The notes under the pieces: generated by a model
Databases searched by the model: none
What the model was told of the DNA's origin: nothing
Seen by the model: the letters and a program-made list of their open reading frames with translations, nothing else
In this document: one piece after another, positions 22,386-33,924 of the stretch
Layout of the letters: every line of letters starts with the position of its first letter
How positions within the stretch are numbered: the stretch's first letter is position 1
DNA from: Octopus bimaculoides
Lineage: Eukaryota
Reading direction: 5' to 3'
DNA length: 41,953 nt
Assembly: GCF_001194135.2 (NCBI RefSeq)
Contig: NC_068989.1
Coordinates: forward strand, 10,805,341 to 10,847,293
Translations under genes and position numbers: made by a program

Positions 22386-22625
22386 GTAGGTAGGTTGATA
22401 GATAGATAGATAAATAGATAGGTAGGTAGGTAGGTTGATAGATAGATAGATAAATAGATAGGTAGGTAGGTAGTTCGATAGATAGACAGGTAGGTAGGTA
22501 GATGATAGATAGATAAATAGATAGGGAGGCAAGTAGGTAGGTTGATCGATGTAGGTAGGTAGGTAGGTAGGTAGGTAGACGGACAGATACATACATACAT
22601 ACATACATACATACACACACACTCA
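22305..22625. repeat. Compound tetranucleotide tract (GATA/GACA/GGTA/CATA) with higher-order duplication
   Basis: Direct reading; GTAGGTAGGTTGATAGATAGATAGATAAATAGATAG repeats near 22385-22465. Confidence 0.92.
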
Positions 22626-22964
22626 CATATACGCAAGCTCACACATGTACATAATTTGTTTATGAAAATAACTCCAGCCCTGGTAACAGAAATCAACGCT
22701 TTAAGGAAGATTATTTATCATATAAGATAAAAGTATTTACGTGTGTGTGTGNNNNNNNNNNNNNNNNNNNNNNNNNNNNNNNNNNNNNNNNNNNNNNNNN
22801 NNNNNNNNNCCTTCAAGAATATCTTAGATTTTAATTTTCTTCATCTTGAAATGTGAGAATTTTGATTCCTATTCCAGAAAATTCCAAATGTATGTCTGAG
22901 TAAAGGGATGTAGGTATGAATGTGTGCGCCGATCTGTAAATGAATGATACTTTGCATACGTGTG

Positions 22965-23029
<65 letters not shown>

Positions 23030-23520
23030 TCGTAGTAAAGCAAGGCTTTTAACGTTAATATATATTGATACATATTTCCATTTTCTCTATCAAGGAATAT
23101 GGTTCCTGAAACTAATGTGCAGCTACATAAAATCCTATGATGAAGAGATCCAATACTCTACGTCTGTTCGTTTATGATTCCACTATCAGAATTTATGATT
23201 TTGGTATGGATCGGGACATTTTATATCCGTTAAGCTCAAAATGACGATATTTTCATCGCATTAATTTTCAAACTCGCTTCTCTTCTTTTCTCTCTCTCTG
23301 TTGCTTATCAGAAAAGACATTAGTCTTGCTTTAAGAAATCCTCTTCATACTTAAAGAATGTTTCAAGAAATCATTTTCAAATATAATGTATCTGTTTTAT
23401 ATTTCTTTTAAAATAATCTGTAAAAGAGAGAATAAAATTTTCTATGCATCTTTCAGACAAAAGAGTTAAAGCCACAATGTTATTTATATAATGGCCTTTT
23501 AACCGCCGTCATACAATGGC

Positions 23521-23551
<31 letters not shown>

Positions 23552-23745
23552 TATANNNNNNNNNNNNNNNNNNNNNNNNNNNNNNNNNNNNNNNNNNNNN
23601 NNNNNNNNNNNNNNNNNNNNNNNNNNNNNNNNNNNNNNNNNNNNNNNNNNNNNNNNNNNNNNNNNNNNNNNNNNNNNNNNNNNNNNNNNNNNNNNNNNNN
23701 NNNNNNNNNNNNNNNNNNNNNNNNNNNNNNNTATATATATATATT

Positions 23746-23796
<51 letters not shown>

Positions 23797-25147
23797 TATG
23801 GCTCATATTTATGCATGATTTTATATATGATAGGGTGCATGCGTTTAAAGACAGAATCAGAGTGGTCAGTACGAAATACGTATGGATAAGTTAAATATTC
23901 AATGATGATTGTACTTTATATGGTCCCTGTTAATATTAATATGAATTAGTACTCAAACGATCGTTAGGTGAACACTTTCAACCACTCAAATCAAATACAA
24001 AGAGATAATTAGTTTCCACACGAGTACAGGTTAAAGGGGTGAAGTTAAAATGGCACTTAGAGTTTTTAAGAAGATTTATTTAGACTAACTTAACCGGTTT
24101 CTCAATGTCATGATCTTGAAAAGTTTTGTGAGGTGGATGGATGTAGATCTATGCTGCAATTACTAGTCTCTGACTGGAATTTGAAAATTCGGTGTCTTTT
24201 ATGGAAAGATTATCGCCAAGGTTGCTATCAGTAAAGATAAAGTTTGATTGAGTGCAGATGGTCATGAGATTAGGCTTAGAATTTCATGCATTACTCGCGA
24301 CGTCCGTGCATTAGGATTATGTGATCGTATGAATGGTAACTGCACCAAAGGTTCAGCATGTGTTAGTCCAGTGAATGTGTCACGTGATATTATGAACAAT
24401 AATTGCGCGTGACCTCCATGTATTAAATTAATGGAAAAGTATGGGCGATAATTGCGCCAAAAGTCAGGTCTGTTAATACAATGAATGTGGTAATATAAAC
24501 AACAATTAAAGATTTGTGATTGTTAAAATAGCTATAAACAGTGAAACAGACTGTTTCTTGTCTGCGCGTGACAGTAAGTTACACATCTCTATGTTGACAG
24601 CAAATTATGTATCTATGTGTATGTGTATATACGATCGTCTGTGTTTGTATGTAAGAGAAGAACAACAATAATGTTATAGCTTGAGAATTTAATTTCATGG
24701 TTGTGTCTTCGTGTATTTTTCCAATATGTTGTTATAACTTATTAAGCCGTGGTTTGTATTAATTTTTTTTCCTTAGTTTGTTTATTGGCCGTGTCAGAAT
24801 AAAGGCAAAGTAAAGTTTTCGAATTTGCTTATTGCGCAGAAGTTCACTAGACGCACGAATTTGTCTAGTGCTGGTATCTCTTATTTGTTGACGATGACTA
24901 ATCAATCCGTTTCTCAATATAAGATTCGTTCGATCAATCAGTTTCTCAAGACAATTTTTTACTCTTTGCCAATATAATTTTCATTACATCCATTACAAAC
25001 AGATGAATCTATTTTTAAAGTTAATATTTAAAGTTAATATTTATCTGATGTGTTTTCAATAAAGTCGAAAGTCCACAATTTTTATATTGTCACATTTTTT
25101 GATACATATATGTATATATCAGCAGAAGATCATGTATGGGTATGTTA

Positions 25148-25166
25148 ATAGAAAGCTACGGGATGA

Positions 25167-25241
<75 letters not shown>

Positions 25242-25512
25242 GTCGGTGAGCTGACAGAATCGTTAGCATGTTGGACGAAATGCTTGCGGTATTTCGCCCG
25301 TCGCTACGTTCTGAGTTTCATATTCCGCCGATGTCGACTTTACCTTTCATCCTTTCTGGGTCGATAAATTAAGTACCAGTGAAACACTGGGGTCGATGCA
25401 ATCGACCAGTTACCTTCCTCTAAAAGTTCAAGCCTTGTGCCTTTAGTACGAAGGATTATTATTATTATTATTATCATTATTATTATAATCATCATTATTA
25501 TTATTATTATCA

Positions 25513-25561
<49 letters not shown>

Positions 25562-25800
25562 CATCATCATCATTATTATTATTATTATTATTATTATCAT
25601 TATTATTTTATGTTTGACTTTTGCTTTGCATTTGTACAAGTTGGATCCAAGTCTCAACCCAGAAACCTCAAGAGACAACAAGTTAGAAGTTCATGTAGGC
25701 GTTATGCCTAGGGTACCATATATTTGGATTTGTACATAGTTATCATTATTATTATTATCATTATTATTATCATCATCATCATTATTATTATTATTAGAGC
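25148..25800. repeat. (ATT)n / (ATC)n tract interrupted by a SINE
   Basis: Direct reading; ATT runs on both sides of the SINE at 25242-25454. Confidence 0.9.
25242..25454 (+). mobile_element. SINE family A (CTTGTGCCTTTAGTA tail variant) embedded in (ATT)n
   Basis: GTCGGTGAGCTGACAGAATCGTTAGC...GTCGACTTTACCTTTCATCC...AAGTACCAGT...CAAGCCTTGTGCCTTTAGTA. Confidence 0.9.
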
Positions 25801-26337
25801 ATATTTCTTTATTGCTGCATCTCATTTTCTAATCTGTTATTATTCCCTTTATTTCTCCCCCACTTCATAACCCTCTCCAACCGCTTCTTTTTCTCACCTT
25901 CTCCCACTCTTTTCCCTATCCCCTCTCTCATTCACTCACCGTTTTCCCGCCACTCTTCAGCAAATATAACTCCAAAATGGTGGCGTTGCGCAAATATGTT
26001 ATGTCAACTGTCACCTATAATGGGAGAAGGTCATAATTCCAGATAGTTATTACAATACGTTTACAATGCATTCGCTATTAGATTTCCCTGTCACAACTAC
26101 TGCCACTGCATCTCTTTCGAATCTCCTCAAAGCAACAATAGCGTTAACAAGGAAGCACAGAGTAAACATGAAAAATCAAATGTGGGAGAAGAACAGAACA
26201 AAAGTCTCAGTTTCATGAATGCAATATATGTGTGTGTCTGTGTGTCACTATGTGTGTGTGTGTGCGCGTGTGTATGTAAGTGTGCGTGCATATATATATG
26301 TGTGCATTATATGGTTGTTTATATATTTGTATGTATT

Positions 26338-26398
<61 letters not shown>

Positions 26399-26572
26399 GT
26401 GTGTGTGTGTGTGTATGTGTATGTGTGAGCATGTTGTGTATAAGTATTATGCATATATACACATATAGTACACATATGTATTAGTATATCCATATACACA
26501 CATAGACATATGTATTACATGTGTGTGAATTTATACATTAATTCACATATGTATATAACACTGTATGTTTAA

Positions 26573-26613
<41 letters not shown>

Positions 26614-26833
26614 TTTGTGTGGGGGTATACGCATATACATATGCATGTATACATATACATAAAATGCAGACACGTGCATGCACACATCTTTACACATATA
26701 TACATACACACTATGTACATGCACATGCAAGCACTTATATATTCATACATACAAATAAACATTTATATACACATATGAGTATGTATTTATATACATACAC
26801 ACACATGCGCGCGAACTCTGTCTCTGTCTGTCC

Positions 26834-26871
<38 letters not shown>

Positions 26872-27174
26872 CTGTCTGTCTGTCTCTGTCTCTCTCTCTC
26901 ATACACACACACACACACACATACACACACATACACACACATAAGAGAAGCAGAGAGGCAGAGAAAAAGAGTGAGAGAGATGGGGCGGGCAAAGAGAAAG
27001 AGAAACAAGCATATTAAATTTCAAATAAATCGAAAAATGAAAACCGCTTCATGACAATAAGATGAACTGTGAATGCTGAAGACAGCGTGAGATAAGCTCT
27101 AATGTGAGCGAATGTAAAATCATGAGCACACATCGAATCAGAAGAATATTTTTTAGTTAAAGACATGGGTACGT

Positions 27175-27345
27175 AGGCGTAACTGTGTGTGTGGTTAAGG
27201 AAGTTTGCTTCCCAACCACATGGTTCCGGCTTCAGTGCCACTATGTTGCACCTTGAGCAAGTATCTTCTACTGAAGCCCTAGACTGAGCAAAACCTTGTG
27301 AGTAAATCTAGTGAACGGAAAAATGAAAAGGCCCATTATATATAT
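27175..27345 (+). mobile_element. SINE family C, 5' part
   Basis: AGGCGTAACTGTGTG...GGTTAAGGAAGTTTGCTTCCCAACCACATGGTTCCGG...CACCTTGAGCAAGTATCTTCTACT (CORE-like)...AAAGGCCCAT(TA)n. Confidence 0.8.
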
Positions 27346-27406
27346 GATGGGCCTTTTCATTTTCCGTTCACTAGATTCACTCACAAGGTCTTGGTCAGTC
27401 CGCATT

Positions 27407-27437
27407 AAAACCGCATTATTTATGGGATGACCCAATA
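27407..27437 (-). mobile_element. Extra inverted copy of the mariner TIR
   Basis: AAAACCGCATTATTTATGGGATGACCCAA-TA is the reverse complement of the left TIR at 27472-27500 with one mismatch. Confidence 0.85.
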
Positions 27438-27471
27438 CATACATAATATATCTATATATATTATGTATGTA

Positions 27472-28340
27472 TTGGGTCATCCCATAAGTAATGCGGTTTT
27501 TTGAATTGCATGGACTAAAAGTCGGGGATGGGGACGGGATAAACTACCTACATCAACTTGTAGTAATTTTACCTTGTACTTCGATTTAAAAAATTATTTT
27601 TTCAAAACTATAATGGAAGTGGCAAAGGAGCATATTCGACATATTTTGCTTTATGAGTTCAATAAAGGCCACAACGCAACGGAAAGTGTGAGGAATATTA
27701 ATGCAGTATATGGCGACCGGACATTAAGCGTAAGTCAGTGTCAACGGCGGTTCCAGAAATTCCGAGCCGGAAACTACAGCCTAGAAAACGAGCCTCGTCC
27801 TGGAAGTTATGTAGAGCTCGACGAAAACGTCCTGCAAACCCTGGTGGAACAAAATCCCATCGTAACTGTTAAGGAACGAGCAGAGAAGCTTGGATTTCGT
27901 CATTCAAGTCAGCACTAGAAGATAAACGACCATCTTTGCTTTCATGACGGAAAGTGTTCATCTATCAGGGTAATACTCGGCCACATACAGCGAGGATGAC
28001 ATTCCAAAGGCTGGAGTAGTTTAAATGGCAAACAATGCTCCACCCACCATATTCGCCGGACATTGCTCCATTTGGTTATTATTTCTTCCGCAGTCTTCAA
28101 AATCATTTGGACGGAAAAAATATGAATTCTGTTGACGAGGTCAGAACAGTAGTGGAGGAGTATTTTTCGTCACGGACAAGTGAATTTTGGAAGAAGGGCC
28201 TTGCAAGTTTACCAGATAGACGGAAGAGCATTGTACAAAATGGAGAGTATATTTTAGATTTAAAAACAAACTTTGCTTATATTAATTTTGAAAAATGAAA
28301 GAAGTATAAAAAAAACTCCATTATTTATGGGATGACCCAA
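27472..28340 (+). mobile_element. Mariner (Tc1/mariner, D,D34D type) element, internally deleted, both TIRs and TA TSD present
   Basis: Left TIR TTGGGTCATCCCATAAGTAATGCGG and right TIR CTCCATTATTTATGGGATGACCCAA; TA at 27470-27471 and 28341-28342. At 869 bp it is short relative to the ~1.3 kb typical of full-length mariners. Confidence 0.93.
27613..28260 (+). pseudogene. Mariner transposase pseudogene
   Basis: N-terminal HTH MEVAKEHIRHILLYEFNKGHNATE...EPRPG...LGFRHS joins at ~27907 to ALEDKRP...QGNTRPHTA...HPPYSPDIAPFGYYFFRSLQ...EYILD. The WVPHEL/TGDEKW region is missing, the DNA and SDY aspartates are replaced by G, and stops are present. Confidence 0.92.
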
Positions 28341-28867
28341 TATATATATATATATATATGTATATATGTGTGTGTGTGTGTATATATATATACACACACA
28401 CACACATATATATATAAGCAGAAAATGGAGGAAACTTTAGATCAACAAACAAATTGCCCAGCATTGCTTAATTATTTTTCAGTACAAGACATAACATAAC
28501 TTAACATTACATAAAATTTCTGACGGCAGTTTCGGCTGCCGATGTCAATCGGTGCTTACAAAGAAAATTCCGAAAATAATATTCACCATCTTTATAGCAC
28601 ATTCGATCTAGTATATAGAGCTTCGTCAGAGTGAATACAAATACAAAAAAAAAAAAAATAAAATAAAATAAACGAAGGGAAGAGGGAAGAGGAAAGAACA
28701 GAACCTCGAGATGTGGCCAGAAGGCTCAATATATTAGAATCATATCATTTTGCAGTGTGAAGCTTGAAGTCGATAGGAAATATGTATGCATGTATGTATG
28801 TATGTATGTATGTATGTGCACGCGTGTATATATTATGTTTGTATGTATGTGTGTGTTTGTATGTGTG

Positions 28868-29064
28868 TGTGTTTGTGTTTGTCCCCGACCAATGCTTTAA
28901 AACCGATTTGTTGGTTCGTTTGCGTTCTCTTAGATTAGCGGTTCAGCAAAAAGTGTATGACAGATTGAACAGCGGGCTTTAATTCAGTGCCCAGCATGAC
29001 TGCAGTCCAATGACTGAAACCAGTCTAAAACCCTTCAAGGCGGCACCACTGCTTGACTGCAGTC
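28868..29064 (+). mobile_element. SINE family C, 3' part (diverged, tail partly duplicated)
   Basis: GTGTTTGTCCCC...TTAGCGGTTCAGCAAAAAG...CCCAGCATGACTGCAGTCCAATGACTGAAAC then CCCTTCAAGGCGGCACC; antiparallel homolog of 29056-29260. Confidence 0.65.
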
Positions 29065-29415
29065 ACGCAGGGGTACCGCCTTGAAGGGGTTTAGAGGAAC
29101 AAATAAACCTCAGAACTAATTTTTCCTTTAAATCTTATACTTAATCTACCATCCTCTTTTGCCGAACTGCTAAGGTTACACGGATGTAAACGACCCAACA
29201 CCGGTTGTCAAGCGATGGCGGGGTACAATCACTCATACACACATACACATATATGTACGATGGGCTTCCGCATAGTCTCTGTCAACCAAATTCACTCACA
29301 AGGTAGGTTGGCCTGGGATTATAGTTGAAGATACTTGCCTAAGATGCTGCACAGAGGGACTGAACCTGAAACCACATTGCTGCAAAGCAAACTTTTTAAC
29401 CACATAGTCATGCCT
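29056..29415 (-). mobile_element. SINE family C, near full length
   Basis: From GACTGCAGTC...CCGCCTTGAAGG through CTTTTGCCGAACTGCTAAG, CGGTTGTCAAGCGATGG, a (CA/TA) insert and CAACCAAATTCACTCACAAGG to TTAACCACATAGTCATGCCT. Confidence 0.82.
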
Positions 29416-29442
29416 CGTGAATTTTAGGTTGATCAGTGTTCG

Positions 29443-29504
<62 letters not shown>

Positions 29505-29813
29505 CCTGTATATGTATGTGTGTGTGTGTGTATACATACAAAAATGCATACATACATATGCATATATTTATCTATATATATAGATGTGTGTATATANNNN
29601 NNNNNNNNNNNNNNNNNNNNNNNNNNNNNNNNNNNNNNNNNNNNNNNNNNNNNNNNNNNNNNNNNNNNNNNNNNNNNNNNNNNNNNNNNNNNNNNNNNNN
29701 NNNNNNNNNNNNNNNNNNNNNNNNNNNNNNNNNNNNNNNNNNNNNNNNNNNNNNNNNNNNNNNNNNNNNNNNNNNNNNNNNNNNNNNNNNNNNNNNNNNN
29801 NNNNNNNNNNNNN

Positions 29814-29852
<39 letters not shown>

Positions 29853-31044
29853 GCGTAGTATATTTTGCTAGATATATTGTGAATTGTTTTGTACTTATCG
29901 TCATATCATACTTAATTCAGTCCTGGGGTGAATTTACATCTGAAGATTAAACTATGTAAAATATTACGTAATATCTCGAAACGATTCGTAGTATATTTTG
30001 GAGTGCTCTCGTCTTATATATGGTGAACACATATGCACCCCTTCCATGCTTTATAAACTTATACTAAAACCTTCACCCAATATCGCATTCCTTAAAGCCT
30101 ACGACTTAGTAAAAAGGCTTTCACAACTTCTAACTAAGAACGGCTGGTTGTCATTGAATGATAGGTTAGGTTCGTTTCAATGACTGACTCAAATTACGTC
30201 GTGAGTTTTGTAGCTGTCGATGGGTGTTGACTATTAATAGATTAGGGTTGTTAGTGTATTTCTAAAGTCAACATCAATCGACATCCACCAATCACACTTC
30301 GTTATCAGAACCAGCCAATGACAATGATTCTCTCTTTTCATCCAATGATGACTAATCTTAATTAGAATTTGTAAAACTCTTATTACTCTGAAGTCCGAAC
30401 GATCAGAAATGTCTTTGTGATTTTAAATCACTTCTCTGAAAGCTTAAACAATACAACTCTAGCTTTATCTTTCAACATAAAGACATATAAACTCTATGGG
30501 ACATGTTGAATGCTCTTTTCTTTCCTTTATATTAAAATGGGAGAGTCAAGACTATTGAAAAGGTTGCAAGACGCAACGAAAATTTTAGGAAAATAAAAAT
30601 AAGAAATAAGTGGAAATTTTACCGGTCAGTGTGTTAAATTATCAAGCACAAAAAGAAAATGACTCTCCCCAGACACAACAGAATATGCTTCAACACATGA
30701 ACTCACATAAAGAATCTTGCAAACCAAATCCAAAAACAAAATGGGAGAAAACTTACACAGTATACTCTGTAGTGTATACATGCTCAAAGTTGACGATTCA
30801 GCGACCGCCAATTTCGCCATGAATCGAGTAAGGCAGAGTAACGATAGAAAGAGTATCGGCTTTGTATTATTACACACACACACACACACACGCAAACGCA
30901 CACACAGACACGCACACGCACATACACAAATACAGACTTACACATTTGTAATACATGCGTGTATATACACACACGTACGTATACTTGCCCAACAGACATG
31001 CACACGTGCATTCCTGATACGTCCTGAAAAATATTTGTATCTCT

Positions 31045-31049
<5 letters not shown>

Positions 31050-31089
<40 letters not shown>

Positions 31090-31510
31090 GCGTGCGTGTG
31101 TGTATCTGTCTATATGTATGTACGTATGTATGTGTATATGTAAGAATGTATGCGTCTATGTGTGTGTGTGTGTCTGTCTGTATATATATATATATGTACG
31201 TATGTGTGTGTATATGTAAGAATGTATGCGTCTGTGTGTGTGTGTGTGTGTGTGCGTGTCTGTCTGTATATATATATATATATGTACGTATGTGTGTATA
31301 TGTAAGAATGTATGTGTGTGTGTGTGTGTGTGTGTACATGTGCGTGTCTGTCTGTATATATATATATATATATATATNNNNNNNNNNNNNNNNNNNNNNN
31401 NNNNNNNNNNNNNNNNNNNNNNNNNNNNTATATATATGTACGTATGTGTGTATATGTAAGAATGTATGCGTCTATGAGTGTGTGTGTGTGTGCAGGCGTG
31501 CGTATGTGTG
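31050..31510. repeat. Higher-order ~80-bp repeat built from microsatellite blocks
   Basis: Anchor GTAAGAATGTATG at 31140, 31216, 31302 and 31456, each preceded by TACGTATG. Confidence 0.85.
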
Positions 31511-31629
31511 TATGTCTTGGGTATGATTTATAACCACTTCTAGTGAGGTTCTAGTTCGAGAGTTCCAAAGTCTCGAAGGGTGTGGTATCACCCCTTACCC
31601 ACTACTGTCCCTATGAACAGGCGGTCAGT

Positions 31630-31783
31630 CTATGGCATGGTTACTCATTTACAGCTGAGTTGCTGAAAGAAAGTGAAACTGTGTGTTTTGCACAAGAACA
31701 CAACTCACTGCTCAGAACGGGTATCGAAATCACGATCTTGCGATCGTGAGTCCAGCACTTTCACTACTAGGCCACGCGCTTTC
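31630..31783 (-). mobile_element. SINE family B, diverged
   Basis: CATTTACAGCTGAGT...CAAGAACACAAC...ATCGAAATCACGATCTTGCGATCGTGAG...CACTACTAGGCCACGCGC. Confidence 0.75.
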
Positions 31784-33793
31784 ACTACCTTTTTAAGCCT
31801 ATAGTATATTAGTCTGAAGGAAATTGTTAGTAAAGGTTCCCTCGTTGGGTCGACGACTTCCTTTGTTGGTCCCTATTTTCTTTTTTTTTTTTAATACAAT
31901 ACATCGGAAGTACCCAATTTACAAGCTAATGAGTACGATAAAACTCTCAGGAACAAGACTAAGCATAACTGGAATGGAAACCGGCTTGTCCACTTAGTAT
32001 CATTTCGTGGGCTCACCACTAAATGCTGTTATGAGCCACCATGAACAACAAAGACAACCGGAAATAAATAATAGAAACTTATAACAATGTTTATATAACA
32101 GAATAAATTCTTGGAAATAACACACATTTAAACACACATAGGCACACAGATACAGCGCAAAGACCTACAAACATGCGCATGCACATATACATAAATGTAT
32201 GCACAAAACATACATACATACATACATACATATGTTTGTATATATAAATAAACCGCTAATCAAATAAATTTTAGCCATTGTTATTATTCGGTATAAAATT
32301 ATTATTCTAAACACGGTTTATATTATCTGTAGCAACGGTACATTTTTTGACATTTTAAAATTTTACTTGCACTTCAGTAACTCACACTAAAATAAAAGGC
32401 AATATATACACAGTACATTGGTGTTTTGTGCAGGAGACATCATACCACCATAAGCTTTTGAAGTTTTAACTTTTTTTTAGCATTTTAAAAACTTTTTTTC
32501 TCGGATTTGTGTGTCTTAAACATTGGACATTATGATTATATGTTAAAAACAAAAGAAATTTACAAATTCATATTTTCTAACAATTATTTGCCATTTCCGT
32601 TTTTATCTGATCTTAACTCGATTCTTTGACTCTAAGCCCTATCCTTAAGCCCTAACCTTATGCCCTCATCTAAACTTCTAGCCCCAACCATAACTCTTAT
32701 GTAGAAATAAATTGGGACAAATGGCAGAAATGCAAGTTACTGTTGGTTCTGTAATCTGAAGAAAAAAAAGTTTTAAAACTGGCAATTTTTTTTAGATAAA
32801 AAATGGAATTCGAAAACTTTATACTTTGTTTTAGATTCATGAAGAAATTTTCCCCCAAAAAATTTTTAAATAATAATTTTAGACAGATGGCGTTTATATT
32901 TCACAAACCCACAAATGTACATTGTTTAATTTATTTAGTATTTATATCAATAATATATCATTAATTAAAGGTGCAGAGATACTTGTGGAGTTAAGACTCT
33001 TACTTCGTAACGACAATTTATTGATGAAGATTACACGTCCCTTGCCCCACCCACACACACACAAATGCACGTGTGAGTATGTGTATGTGCGTGTACCTGT
33101 GTGAGTATGCGTTCGTGCATATGTAACTTTCGTTGATGTACATGTGGAGGGTACATATAAAGATTGTCACGAAAAATAAACAAAACAAATGTGTGCTTTA
33201 CGAACGAAGTCCCTTGAGATATTTGTTCAACACCGAATTATATACACTCCCTTGTTACTCCCGTCGCCAGAAATGTAGTGATGTAGTGATTGGTCGGTTG
33301 CAAACCAGTAACTTATGCTGTTTAATGTCCACCAAATTTCGATAACAAAACATTGTACAATATTAACGACTAAATGTCCCGTATCCAGCTCAACATACAT
33401 ACGTCTACCTTTCATAGCCATTTTATATGACATTATTAAGTTAAATACCGGAACTAACTAATGTTGTCGAAACTATACTGCTTAATTATCAATCAGTAAC
33501 ATCTCTGGCATAACAATATATAATTAACAGAATCAAATTGATTATTTGTCTTTTCATAGTCACTGGCATCATCGATATGTGATCAATCACAGTGATTAAT
33601 AGAACGCAGTATTTCATAACATGATCAGTGAATCTGGTTGAATTTGAAAACACGGCATCTAGAGTAACTGATGTCTTACTTTTGAGTAAACTTAGAAAGG
33701 TTTTACAAACATGGCAATAGTTTCTGTATATTGCAATGTGTTTAGGTGTTTTAACATGATAGCAATGCACAAGGTTCTTATATATAATCCTTT

Positions 33794-33924
33794 CTTAATT
33801 TATCGACCCCGAAAGGTTGAAAGGCAAAGTCGACCTCGGCGGAATTTGATCTCAGAACGTAGCGACGGGCGAATTACCGCTGCGCATTTCGACTAGCGAG
33901 TTAACGATTCTGCCAGCTCGCCGC
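33794..33924 (-). mobile_element. SINE family A, 5' two-thirds
   Basis: TTTATCGACCCCGAAAGG...GTCGACCTCGGCGGAATTTG...GATTCTGCCAGCTCGCCGC. Confidence 0.88.

Noticed and set aside
28521-28547. Small hairpin CGGCAGT-TTCG-GCTGCCG with a UUCG loop
   Set aside because: Only a 7-bp stem with a non-canonical closing pair; no poly-T or CTRR end follows; expected by chance in 42 kb.
33560-33610. Good acceptor-like TTATTTGTCTTTTCATAG
   Set aside because: All three frames stop within ~45 nt and there is no strong donor.
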